A stretch of 63,574 nucleotides of DNA, filler included, from Candidatus Eiseniibacteriota bacterium (lineage in GTDB: Bacteria; Orphanbacterota; Orphanbacteria; Orphanbacterales; Orphanbacteraceae): the NCBI GenBank assembly GCA_043809585.1. It is 5 parts of 5 records of this genome, joined end to end, with 100 filler letters (N's around TTAATTAATTAA, not from the genome) between each part and the next. Parts side by side here need not be neighbours in the genome. Positions count along the whole stretch, not along the records: positions 34,255 to 61,404 come from JBDROZ010000006.1; 4 more parts are not named here. One strand, written 5' to 3'. Below, in pieces: positions 46,987 through 55,929 of this stretch (its first letter is position 1; every line of letters begins with the position of its first letter). The position numbers were made by a program, and so were the translations under genes. Under the pieces are notes generated by a model. That model saw only the letters and a program-made list of their open reading frames with translations. It searched no databases and was not told where the DNA came from.

Positions 46987-48057
46987 CTACCGGAAGCGGC
47001 TCTTCACCTGGCCCCAGGTCGTCTTCTCCGCGGCGGATGGATCGCACCAGCCGGTGACGGAGGAGGAGTACGCCGAACCGCAGGGGACCACGTCGTACCA
47101 GGAAGCGGGTCCGACCCAGTACCAGTACGTGCCCGGGCCGAGTGTCGCTTCGATCACCGCTTCCTCTCCGGGGGGCGCCGTGTCGAGGTACGGGTAGGTG
47201 TCGTTGCCGCATTCGGAATCGGGGATGATCAGGATCGTCTGGACGTTGAACCCGGCGCACGTGGTGAACCGGACCGTCTTCGTCTCCGAAAGCGTGAATT
47301 CCCACCAGTCCGTATCCCGCCAGTACGAGATCCCGTCGAACCAGGTGCCGCTCTCCCCGCAGAACGGTACCGGATCGAGTTCGCAGGGCACGCGGAGGAA
47401 TACCGGCGTCTTCGAGTTGCAGCCGCCGTTGTAGTTGTCCACGTATCCGGTGCCGCAGCCGGGCTCCTGCTCGACCGTCGCGTCCGACGGACAGGTCGCG
47501 TCGCAGGGCTCGGGCGGGACGCATTCGTCCACGTTCAGCACGTAGTCGCCGCAGTCCTGGGAGTAGCCGTCGACCACGATGTAGTACGTGCTCCCGGCGG
47601 TCATGGGAACGCACTCGAGATTGGAAAGCCATGGGTACGGGTAGTTCGGCCCGTCGCAGGCGTCGTCGTTGCGTCCCACGAGCTTCCCCGCCGCGTTTTC
47701 GTACACGAAGACCTTCGTGTCGAAGTACGACTCGCACAGGTCGATGCTCACGAGCATGTTCACGGCCGGCGTGAAGGCGTAGACCACGTCGGGGGCCGCG
47801 CCGCCCCACGGGCACGGCTCGTCGTAGTCGTTCGCGTAGCCGCAGGAATTGAAAGAGTCGGTGTAGGGCAGGGCGGGAATGACATTCGCGTTGGCGATGT
47901 CGTCGCCCGACCGGAAGTGGCCCTCGAAGGGGGTGCCGGTGGGAGTCCAGTCCTTCCACCCGTCCCAGTTCTGCGCGGTCCGCGAGGGATTCCCCGCGAG
48001 GGCGGGGGACGAGACGAACAACCAGAGAGCCATTGCAATCAGGGCCTTCCGTTTCAT
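46987..48057 (-). CDS. Secreted Cys-rich protein (PPC-like modules) with C-terminal WGxVK tail
   Basis: Signal MKRKALIAMALWLFVSSPALA; DYDEPC..PDVVY, YYIVVDGY; ends TTWGQVKSRFR; paralog of 48340-49425. Confidence 0.85.
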   Translation of the reverse strand: MKRKALIAMALWLFVSSPALAGNPSRTAQNWDGWKDWTPTGTPFEGHFRSGDDIANANVIPALPYTDSFNSCGYANDYDEPCPWGGAAPDVVYAFTPAVNMLVSIDLCESYFDTKVFVYENAAGKLVGRNDDACDGPNYPYPWLSNLECVPMTAGSTYYIVVDGYSQDCGDYVLNVDECVPPEPCDATCPSDATVEQEPGCGTGYVDNYNGGCNSKTPVFLRVPCELDPVPFCGESGTWFDGISYWRDTDWWEFTLSETKTVRFTTCAGFNVQTILIIPDSECGNDTYPYLDTAPPGEEAVIEATLGPGTYWYWVGPASWYDVVPCGSAYSSSVTGWCDPSAAEKTTWGQVKSRFR

Positions 48058-48260
48058 TTTCCGCGATCTCCTTCCACCGATTCCGACTCACCGGCCGGAG
48101 CGGCCGGGCATTCCCCTCGTCCCCCGGGGGAGAAGAAAGGGGTCGTGGGAAAGACGCGGCCGCCGGGAGACGGACGGGCCTCTCGGTCGAAGGATCGACG
48201 GGGGAGGGGGGGTTCTTTAGGAAGGGGAACGGGATGGGGGGTGGGGGAGCAAGTGGTTCG

Positions 48261-48297
48261 AAAAAGGAGCGGGCGACCGTCCCGGGTCGCCCGCTCT
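48261..48297 (-). terminator. Rho-independent terminator of the 48340-49425 gene
   Basis: Minus strand GAGCGGGCGACC-loop-GGTCGCCCGCTC-C-T5. Confidence 0.75.
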
Positions 48298-48339
48298 CGA
48301 TTCGGCTGGCTGTGCGATCAGGAGAATGCTAGGTCATGA

Positions 48340-49425
48340 CTACCGGAACATCTCCTTGACGGCACCCCAGCTCTTGTTCTCGGTCGCATCCGGCGTGCAC
48401 CAGCCCTCGATGGAGGACACGTACTGCGAACCGCACGGTGTGTCGGCGTAGAAGCTCTGGGGACCAACCCAGTACCAGTACTCGCCCGGGCCGAGGGCGG
48501 CCGTGATGGGAGCGGTCCAGAAGGGATTGGCGAGCGAGACGTACGGGTAGGTGTAGTAGGAGCAGTCCGGCTGCGGGATGATCAGCAGCGTCTGCACGTA
48601 GAAATTGGCGCATGTGATCAGCGTGACCGTCTTGGCCTCGGTCAACGTGAACGACCACCAGTCGGTATCCCGCGTGTAGTAGCCGGTGTAAGGATCGTAC
48701 CAGTTGCCGGACTCACCGCAGAAGTAGAGCGGATCGGTGTCGCAGGAGAGGTACGAGAAGACCGGAGGCGTGCTGTTGCAGCCGCCGTTCCAATGGTCGG
48801 TGTAGCCAGGACCGCAGCCGGGCTCGTTCTCCATGATCGCGCCGGCCGGGCAAACCACATCGCAAGGCTCCGGATCCGGCGGCGGCGGCGGCGGAACGAA
48901 CTCGTCGATCTTGATCACGTAATTGCCGCAGCTGAAGCCGTAACCGTCGACGACGATGTAATAGGTCTGGCCTGAGTAAACCGGAAGCTCGACGTACGAC
49001 AGGTACGGGCTCCCGTAGTTCGGGCCCGAGCAGAAGTCGTCGTTACAGGCGACGAGGAAGCCGACCGCGTTCTCGTACACGTACAGCTTCGTGTCATAGT
49101 ACGAGTCGCAGAGGTCGATCTTGATGTTCATGTCGGACGTCGGGGTGAAAGCGTACACCACGTCCGGCGAGGTCGCTCCGGTGTAGGGGCAGACCTCGTC
49201 ATAGTCATCGACGTAAAGACAGGTGTTCCCCGTGTCAATGAACGGGAGGGAGCCGACGACGGTCGCGTCGCCGATGGTTTCGCCACCCACGGGGGTCCCG
49301 GGAATCAGGGTCCCTTCGGAGTGGTCGTCCTTGGGAGCGATGAAGTTGATCGGAGTGCGGGCTTCATTCGCAAGAGCGGCAGAAGACGCCACGAGCACCG
49401 CGACGAGAATAGCAACGTACTTCAT
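48340..49425 (-). CDS. Secreted Cys-rich protein (PPC-like modules) with C-terminal WGxVK tail
   Basis: RBS GAGGAG; signal MKYVAILVAVLVASSAALA; Pro-rich linker; ends KSWGAVKEMFR. Confidence 0.87.
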   Translation of the reverse strand: MKYVAILVAVLVASSAALANEARTPINFIAPKDDHSEGTLIPGTPVGGETIGDATVVGSLPFIDTGNTCLYVDDYDEVCPYTGATSPDVVYAFTPTSDMNIKIDLCDSYYDTKLYVYENAVGFLVACNDDFCSGPNYGSPYLSYVELPVYSGQTYYIVVDGYGFSCGNYVIKIDEFVPPPPPPDPEPCDVVCPAGAIMENEPGCGPGYTDHWNGGCNSTPPVFSYLSCDTDPLYFCGESGNWYDPYTGYYTRDTDWWSFTLTEAKTVTLITCANFYVQTLLIIPQPDCSYYTYPYVSLANPFWTAPITAALGPGEYWYWVGPQSFYADTPCGSQYVSSIEGWCTPDATENKSWGAVKEMFR

Positions 49426-49970
49426 TTTTCTCCTCACGCTTGGCAGAAGGTTGACAGGAAACATCTCCTTGGGCTCAAGAACGGATATTTGCGTTCCTCC
49501 TTTCTCGACGATTCATCCATGGGGGACACGATGAACCGTCCGGGCTCAAGACAGCCAACCGAATGAAACAACGCCAATTACGGAGTTGCGCGGTTTCACA
49601 CCTGTTTTCAAAGAACCACGAATTCACCAATACCCTTTTCGACAAACCGGAGTATAGCACAAGGGATGCCCCGGAGGGAAGCGAAAATTTGGTCGAAATC
49701 AGGCCGTTTTTCCCCCAAAAGGCCAGATTGCGTTCAGACAGGTTACGCAATATCCACCCAAGAGGGTATCAATCGTGTAACAACTTGTCAATTAGTTAAT
49801 TACCTTGGTGGCGTCCACGGAGGGTACCGATCCGGTCTCGGTATCCGGCCAAGGAATCTCTTGTCGGGGGGCCTCCCCCGGTGTTAAGGAAAGAGAAGGA
49901 GGCTGGAATCGGTCTCCTAGCCTGGTTCCCGCCCCGAAATGGGCCCCTACCCCGGAGAGAGGGGGAGGTC

Positions 49971-50696
49971 ATGTGGAGCGGCGCCGCCGGCCGGAGTCGC
50001 CCGGTTCTCGCTGTCTACTGCCGGCGCCCCGAAACGGAAAAGGTCATGCCCCGTCTCGCGGAGGGGGTGGGAGATCGTCTCGCGGCCCAGATCTACACCC
50101 TCTGCCTTGATCTTCTGCAGCGGGAGCTCCCCCTGCTGACGGATACCTTCGACCTCGCGATCTGCCCCTCCCGGAACGAAGACCGGGATTGGGTCGTGTC
50201 CCGTTTCGGGTGTTCGAATCACGTGGTTCCGCGGGAGGCGGAGGACTTCGGAGAGAGGCTCATGGAGGGACTATGCTTCCTTCGGCGACTCGGTTACCGT
50301 GACGTCGTCTTCCTCCGGTCCGAAGCCCCGTCGCTTCCGCTCCCCTACCTGCGCGTGATCCGCCGGATCCTCTACGAGAAGGACGTCGTCATCGGCCCCG
50401 CCCAGGAGGGAGGAGCTTACGCGCTCGGCGTCCGGACCGATCTTCCCCCGATGGGGGGTCTCCCCTGGGATTCGGAGCGCCTATTCGGCGAGCTGACCGA
50501 TCTCTTTGTCCGCCACGATCTTTCCGTCGGCATCGGACCGCCCTGGTACGGCGTGCGGTCGGTCGACGATCTGCACCGGGCGGCGAAAGATCTTTCGAGA
50601 TCTCCCTCCCTGGCGAGACAGATGTTCGGCCGGTGGGTCCGCGACGTCTTGGCGTGCCGGGGGGCCGAGGACGGAGCCGTCCGTGACTCCCACTGA
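49971..50696 (+). CDS. DUF2064/TIGR04282-like GT-A fold protein (degenerate motifs)
   Basis: PE..KV.PRLA, DFGERL, SEAPSL, VVIGPAQEGGAYALG. Confidence 0.7.
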   Translation: MWSGAAGRSRPVLAVYCRRPETEKVMPRLAEGVGDRLAAQIYTLCLDLLQRELPLLTDTFDLAICPSRNEDRDWVVSRFGCSNHVVPREAEDFGERLMEGLCFLRRLGYRDVVFLRSEAPSLPLPYLRVIRRILYEKDVVIGPAQEGGAYALGVRTDLPPMGGLPWDSERLFGELTDLFVRHDLSVGIGPPWYGVRSVDDLHRAAKDLSRSPSLARQMFGRWVRDVLACRGAEDGAVRDSH

Positions 50697-50720
50697 CCGG
50701 CGGCCCGGGCCCGAATCCCC

Positions 50721-51434
50721 ATGAAGCGGCTTCCGCCCGTCCGCCTTCTCCTCTTCCTGTCGTTTCTGCTCCTCTTCGTGGCGGGTATCCGGTTCCTCCC
50801 GATCGGATCTTGGGGGGAGGCGATGCTCCGTTGGGTCGCCGGGGCCGGCCCGCTCGGCCCGCCCGCCCTCGCGGCGATGTTCATCGTCGTCTGTGTCTTC
50901 GCCCTCCCCGGCCTTCCCCTCACTCTCGGCGGCGGGTTCTTCTTCGGTTTTCCGGGTGGCTTCTTCCTGGTCATGGCCGGCACCTCCCTCGGCAGCGCCG
51001 TCGCCTTCGGTCTCGGCCGCACCGTTGCCCGGCCGTGGGTGGTGCGATGGGGATCGAGCCGGCCGAAGCTCGTCGCCCTCGACCGGGCCGTCGGCCGGAG
51101 GGGCCTGCTTCTCGTGATGCTCAGCCGCCTCTCCCCCTTCTTTCCCTACAACCTCCTGACCTACGGCTACTCGATCACCCGGGTCCCCATGCGGACGTTC
51201 CTGGTCGGGTCGGTGATCGGCGTCGCCCCGGTGACGGCGTTCTACGTCTACGCGGGGACGGTGATGAAGAGCGTCGCCGATGTCGCCGCGGGCCGGGTGG
51301 AAGCCTCCGAATTCGGGATCACCGCGCCCCTCGCCGCGGTGGGCGCGACCGCCGCCGCCCTCTTGGTCATCGCCCGGGTGGCCGGGCGGGAAATGGAACG
51401 GGCGCTCCGGAAGGACGATTCGCCCTCCGCTTGA
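50721..51434 (+). CDS. TVP38/TMEM64 (DedA/VTT) membrane protein
   Basis: LPG.PLTLGGG..FG, RLSPFFPYNLL.Y. Confidence 0.88.
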   Translation: MKRLPPVRLLLFLSFLLLFVAGIRFLPIGSWGEAMLRWVAGAGPLGPPALAAMFIVVCVFALPGLPLTLGGGFFFGFPGGFFLVMAGTSLGSAVAFGLGRTVARPWVVRWGSSRPKLVALDRAVGRRGLLLVMLSRLSPFFPYNLLTYGYSITRVPMRTFLVGSVIGVAPVTAFYVYAGTVMKSVADVAAGRVEASEFGITAPLAAVGATAAALLVIARVAGREMERALRKDDSPSA

Positions 51435-51574
51435 CGTCCCGTTCGGGGCGCTGTACTGTTTGTCGAGACAACCGAATGCTCCGACCGTTCCCGCCTACGG
51501 CCCTCGGGCTAGGGGGGGATCGGCGATAGGGTCGGCCGGGAAACGGGCCGGCCTCCCATCCTTGGAAAGGAGCC

Positions 51575-51753
51575 GGTCGGGGATCGTTCGGGATGGCTGC
51601 TGCGGTCCGGGATCGTGGGCTGCGAGGGATTTCCTCCTTCGCCGGCTTGCTCACCGGGGCTAAGGCCCCGCCTCCGCGAGCCGGCTCGTCCGGAAAAGCC
51701 TCTCGCCGCACTCCCCGAGAACCTCGCAACGCCCTCCCTCACGATCCACGACC
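51575..51753 (+). repeat. Family A copy A5 (most divergent, no TA ends)
   Basis: tgctgcgg..ctgcgagg..tgctcac-cggggc-taag-gccccg-cctccgc..ctcgtcc..gcctctcgcc core with self-complementary arms. Confidence 0.7.
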
Positions 51754-51909
51754 ACCGGACGCGATCTCGGTGCTGAACCGTTCTCTCCATCGATCGAGGA
51801 GCGAGGTTCGGTGCGGAGCGCGATCCGGTGTCCCGGCCCGTTCGATGCGAGCCGAGACTTCGCACTCCTTTCGAATGCGATGTCTCGGTTTCTTATTGAA
51901 GGATTATCT

Positions 51910-53127
51910 ATGCTCTCCTACGAGGAAGCGCTCTCGAAGGTGCTGGAGACGGTGACGCCGGTCGGGGCGGAGAGGGTTCCGCTGGCGGAGGCGGTGGGCC
52001 GGGTGTTGGCGGCGCCGGTCCGGGCGGACCGTGACCTGCCGCCGTTCCGGCGATCGGAGAGGGATGGGTGGGCGGTCCGGAGCGCCGACCTGGCGGGGGG
52101 AACGGCCGCGCTCCGGTGGGACGGCCGGGCGATCTTCGCGGGGGACGAGCCGGGCGCGCCCGTCGAGGCGGGAACGTGCGTGGAGATCATGACCGGCGCG
52201 GCGCTCCCCGAGGGGGCGGACGCGGTGGTCATGGTGGAGAAAAGCCGGCGGCAGGACGGCGTGGTGGAAATGGACGAGGAGAAGATCCGCCCCGATCTCC
52301 ACGTGCACCGGCGGGGGGCGGACGCGTCGGCGGGGGAGGAGCTGATCCCGGCGGGCGCGTCCCTCACCCCCTCCCGGATCGCCGTTTGCGCGTCGGTGGG
52401 CGCCGCGGAGCCGGAAGTCCGGCGCCCCGTTCGCGTCTCGGTCATCTCCACGGGGGACGAACTGACCGCCTATTCGGACGACCCCGGGCCGAACCGGATC
52501 CGCGAGTGCAACGGGCCGGCCCTCGGGGCGATCATCCGCGGCCTTCCGTGGATGGAGATGAGGTCGTGGCGGATCGTCGCCGACGACGCGCCGGCCCTCG
52601 AGCAGGCGATCCGGGAAGTGCTCGTCCACTCGGACGTGGTCATCCTTTCGGGGGGCGTTTCGATGGGAGAGAAGGACCTCGTCCCGGACGCCCTCGCCGC
52701 CTGCGGAGTGAGGCGGGTGCTGCACAAAGTCGCGATCCGTCCGGGGAAGCCGTTCTGGTTCGGCGCCGCGGACGGGGATCGCGTCGTCTTCGGTCTACCC
52801 GGCAACCCTGTCTCCCTCCAGGTCACGTTCCGGGAGTTCGCCCTTCCCGGGATCCGCCGGATGGCGGGGTTCACCGACGTCCACTCCCCCGCGCTCCGGA
52901 TCCCCGCGGCGGAGGCGATCGGCAAGACCATCGCCCTCCGGCAATTCGTTCCGGCCCGGCTCGAGACGGGCCCGGGAGGGGGAACCACGGCCCGCCCCGT
53001 CGAGAACGGCGGCTCGGGGGATTTCGTCTCCGCCTCCCGGGCGGAGGGCGTGATCGTTCTCCCCGAGGGACCGCTCCGGGTCGGGCCGGGCGATCTCGTC
53101 ACCTTCCACCCATGGAGCCTCTCGTGA
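51910..53127 (+). CDS. moeA: Molybdopterin molybdotransferase
   Basis: PPF..S.RDGWA, IMTGA.LP, STGDEL, SGGVSMG, RPGKP, LPGNPVS. Confidence 0.93.
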   Translation: MLSYEEALSKVLETVTPVGAERVPLAEAVGRVLAAPVRADRDLPPFRRSERDGWAVRSADLAGGTAALRWDGRAIFAGDEPGAPVEAGTCVEIMTGAALPEGADAVVMVEKSRRQDGVVEMDEEKIRPDLHVHRRGADASAGEELIPAGASLTPSRIAVCASVGAAEPEVRRPVRVSVISTGDELTAYSDDPGPNRIRECNGPALGAIIRGLPWMEMRSWRIVADDAPALEQAIREVLVHSDVVILSGGVSMGEKDLVPDALAACGVRRVLHKVAIRPGKPFWFGAADGDRVVFGLPGNPVSLQVTFREFALPGIRRMAGFTDVHSPALRIPAAEAIGKTIALRQFVPARLETGPGGGTTARPVENGGSGDFVSASRAEGVIVLPEGPLRVGPGDLVTFHPWSLS

Positions 53128-54098
53128 AAGACGGGTACGGCCGCGTGATCGATCGTCTCCGCGTTTCCGTCACCGACCGGTGCGATCTCCGGTGCGTCTA
53201 CTGCATGCCCGCGAGAGGGGCCCGGTTTTCGCCGTCCGCCGATCTTCTCTCGTTCGACGAGATCGAGTCGGTCGTTCGGTTCCTCGTGGAGAAGGCCGGT
53301 CTTCGACGGGTGCGGATCACGGGGGGGGAGCCCCTCGTTCGTCCCGGCCTGGTCGGCCTGGTCGGCCGGCTCGCCGGGCTCGGCCTCGAGGACCTCGCGA
53401 TGACGACGAACGCCCAGCTTCTCGCGCCCGTCGCGGAGGACCTCCGGAAGGCGGGGCTCGCAAGGGTGAACGTCTCTCTCGATTCCCTCGACGGCGAACG
53501 GTTCCGCCGGCTCGGCCGGGCCGGCGAGGTCGCCCGCACGATCGAGGGGATCGACGCGGCGATCCGGGCCGGGCTCCGGCCGGTGAAGCTGAACATGGTG
53601 CTCCTCCGGGGGTGGAACGACGACGAGATCGTCGACGTGGTCCGCTTCGCCGCGGAGCGGAAAGTGGAGGTGCGGTTCCTGGAGCTCATGGCGATCGGCG
53701 AGTCTTCGCCGTGGCACGAGAAGCGGTTTCTCCCCATGGACGAGGCCGTCAAGCGCCTCCGAGAAGTCTGGCGCCTGGACGAGACGCCCCTCTCCCCCGG
53801 TTCGACATCGGTCACCTACGACGTCTCGAACGGGAACGGATTCCGCGGCGCCGTCGGGTTCATCGCGCCCGTGACCCGTCCCTTTTGCTCCCACTGCCGC
53901 CGCCTCCGCCTCTCCGCCGACGGACTGCTTCGAGGGTGCCTGATGAACCCCGGCGGCGTGGATCTGATGCCGGTCCTCCGGGGGGAGGGGACGGAGCGGG
54001 AGGAAGGGCTCCGCCGGGCGCTTCACAGGGCGATCGCCGAGAAGCCGTGGGTGAGCGACATGGAGACGGGCGTCGGGATGCACGCACTCGGAGGGTGA
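53124..54098 (+). CDS. moaA: GTP 3',8-cyclase (radical SAM)
   Basis: LRVSVTDRCDLRCVYCM, TGGEP, FCSHC.RLRL, C-terminal MHALGG. Confidence 0.95.
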   Translation: MKDGYGRVIDRLRVSVTDRCDLRCVYCMPARGARFSPSADLLSFDEIESVVRFLVEKAGLRRVRITGGEPLVRPGLVGLVGRLAGLGLEDLAMTTNAQLLAPVAEDLRKAGLARVNVSLDSLDGERFRRLGRAGEVARTIEGIDAAIRAGLRPVKLNMVLLRGWNDDEIVDVVRFAAERKVEVRFLELMAIGESSPWHEKRFLPMDEAVKRLREVWRLDETPLSPGSTSVTYDVSNGNGFRGAVGFIAPVTRPFCSHCRRLRLSADGLLRGCLMNPGGVDLMPVLRGEGTEREEGLRRALHRAIAEKPWVSDMETGVGMHALGG

Positions 54099-54100
54099 GA

Positions 54101-54598
54101 ATGGACGAGAGGAGACTGAGCCACGTCGGTGAGGAGGGCGGGGCGCGCATGGTCGACGTTTCGGCGAAGGGGGAGACCCTTCGCACCGCGCGGGCCGAGG
54201 CGGTCGTCCGGATCGGTCCGGAAACGGCCCGACTCGTCGCCGAGCGGGGGGGGACCGGGAAGGGGAACGTCCTCGAGACGGCGCGGCTCGCGGCGATCCT
54301 CGGGGCGAAGCGGACGGCGGACCTCGTTCCCCTCTGCCACCCGCTCCCGATCGACCACATCGACGTGGACGCCCGCCTCGAAGATGAGACCGTGCGCCTT
54401 ACCGCGACGGTCACCGGCCGGGCCCGGACCGGCCTCGAGATGGAGGCGATGACGGCGGCGGCGGTCGGCGCCCTCACCGTCTACGACATGTGCAAGTCCG
54501 CGGAGAAGGGGATCACCATCGAGTCGGTCCGCCTCCTCGAGAAGCGGGGGGGAAAGAGCGGTGATTGGAAACGGCGCGAAGAGGGAGGAGATCGTTGA
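54101..54598 (+). CDS. moaC: Cyclic pyranopterin monophosphate synthase
   Basis: ARMVDVS.K, LVPLCHPL, TGLEMEA, YDMCKS, GGKSG. Confidence 0.95.
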   Translation: MDERRLSHVGEEGGARMVDVSAKGETLRTARAEAVVRIGPETARLVAERGGTGKGNVLETARLAAILGAKRTADLVPLCHPLPIDHIDVDARLEDETVRLTATVTGRARTGLEMEAMTAAAVGALTVYDMCKSAEKGITIESVRLLEKRGGKSGDWKRREEGGDR

Positions 54599-55065
54599 GC
54601 GAATCGAAGCCTCGCGTTCTCGCGGTCTGTGTTTCGCCCGGCGGGATCCCCAAGATCCCCGTAGACCGGGCGGTCGTGGGGGAGGAGGGCCTCGCCGGTG
54701 ACGGGAGGGACCACGAGAAGCATCGGAAGCCGTCCCGGGCGGTGCTCATCCAGGACGAGGAGTTGCTCTCTGAACTCCGGGCCGACGGCTACGAGGTGTC
54801 GTGGGGCTCCCTGGGGGAGAACCTGACGGTCCGGGACCTCCACGTGCAGAGGATGGAGGCCGGCCGGCGGCTCCGCTTCTCGGGCGGACTCGAGCTGGAG
54901 CTGACGGAGCCGCGGAGGCCCTGTTACGTTCTCGACGCCATCGACCCGAAGCTGAAAGAGGTCGTGGTCGGCCGGTGCGGCTTCATGACCCGGGTCGTCA
55001 AACCGGGCGTGATCCGTCCGGGCGAGACGATCGAGGCGGTGGACCCCCCCGGCGGGGAGGAGTGA
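54595..55065 (+). CDS. MOSC-domain protein
   Basis: GGIPK, GLAGD, LGENLT, PRRPC. Confidence 0.85.
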   Translation: MSESKPRVLAVCVSPGGIPKIPVDRAVVGEEGLAGDGRDHEKHRKPSRAVLIQDEELLSELRADGYEVSWGSLGENLTVRDLHVQRMEAGRRLRFSGGLELELTEPRRPCYVLDAIDPKLKEVVVGRCGFMTRVVKPGVIRPGETIEAVDPPGGEE

Positions 55066-55693
55066 CACGGAGGGCCGGAGCGAATCGGGAACGCCCTTCC
55101 GCCCCCCCACCGGCGCCGTCCTGATCGGCGGGCGGAGCCGCCGGATGGGAACGCCGAAGGCGGGTCTCGTGCTCCCGGACGGGAGCCGGATGGGAGAGAG
55201 GATGGTTCGCATCCTCTCCTTCGTCTGCCGGGAAGTCGTTCTCGTCGGCTCCGGCGAGAACCCGCCCGAGCCCCTCGCGGAACTTCCCCGCATCGACGAC
55301 CTCCGGCCCGGCCGGGGCCCCCTCGCCGGCATCGAGGCGCTCCTTGCTTCCGGCCGGGACGACGCCTACCTCGTGGTCCCCTGCGATCAGCCCCTTCTCC
55401 TCCCCTCGCTCCTCCGGGCTCTCTCGGCAGCCGCGCAGGGAGGGGCCGCCCTTTTCCGCCTGCCGGGCCGGGCCGGGCCCGAGCCGCTCCCCGCAGCCAT
55501 TCCCGCGTCGGCGCTCCCCTTCGTCACCGAATCCCTGGACGCCGGGCGCTCCGCCCTTCGTGACGCCGTGGATGGGCTCCGCCCCCGGCTGCTCGATGTT
55601 CCTCCCCTCATGGCGATCTGCTTTCGCAACCTGAACGAGCCGGCCGACCTCGAGGACGCCCCGTTTCGGGACCACTTCTTCCCCGTTCGGTAG
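55062..55693 (+). CDS. mobA: Molybdenum cofactor guanylyltransferase MobA with an apparent 1-nt frameshift at a C7 run (55102-55108)
   Basis: TGAVLIGGRSRRMGTPKA, GPLAGI, PCDQP, NLNEPADL; the coupled GTG at 55062 is out of frame with the conserved body. Confidence 0.8.
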
Positions 55694-55725
55694 AGCCCCT
55701 TCTTGACCCTCCCGGGACGTGCCGT

Positions 55726-55918
55726 TAGCCTCAACCTGGCAAGAAATCGCGAGTGAAAACGCGCGAGAGTGCATCAGATGCTGCAGCGCGGAGCATTCAC
55801 CAAGCGGAGCATATCCGGCGATATGTGAGCATTGGTGAATGCGAGCACTGCGGCAGATGGCGTGCTATCGCGCGAGCGTCAGCGATTTGCACCGGGATTT
55901 TTTGCCGGGTTGAGGTTA
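55726..55918 (+). repeat. Family B full copy B3 (193 bp)
   Basis: TA-bounded; imperfect terminal IR TAGCCTCAACCTGGCAAGAAATC/GATTTTTTGCCGGGTTGAGGTTA; apex CATATC-CGGC-GATATG. Confidence 0.9.
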
Positions 55919-55929
55919 GTGTCCGGTGC

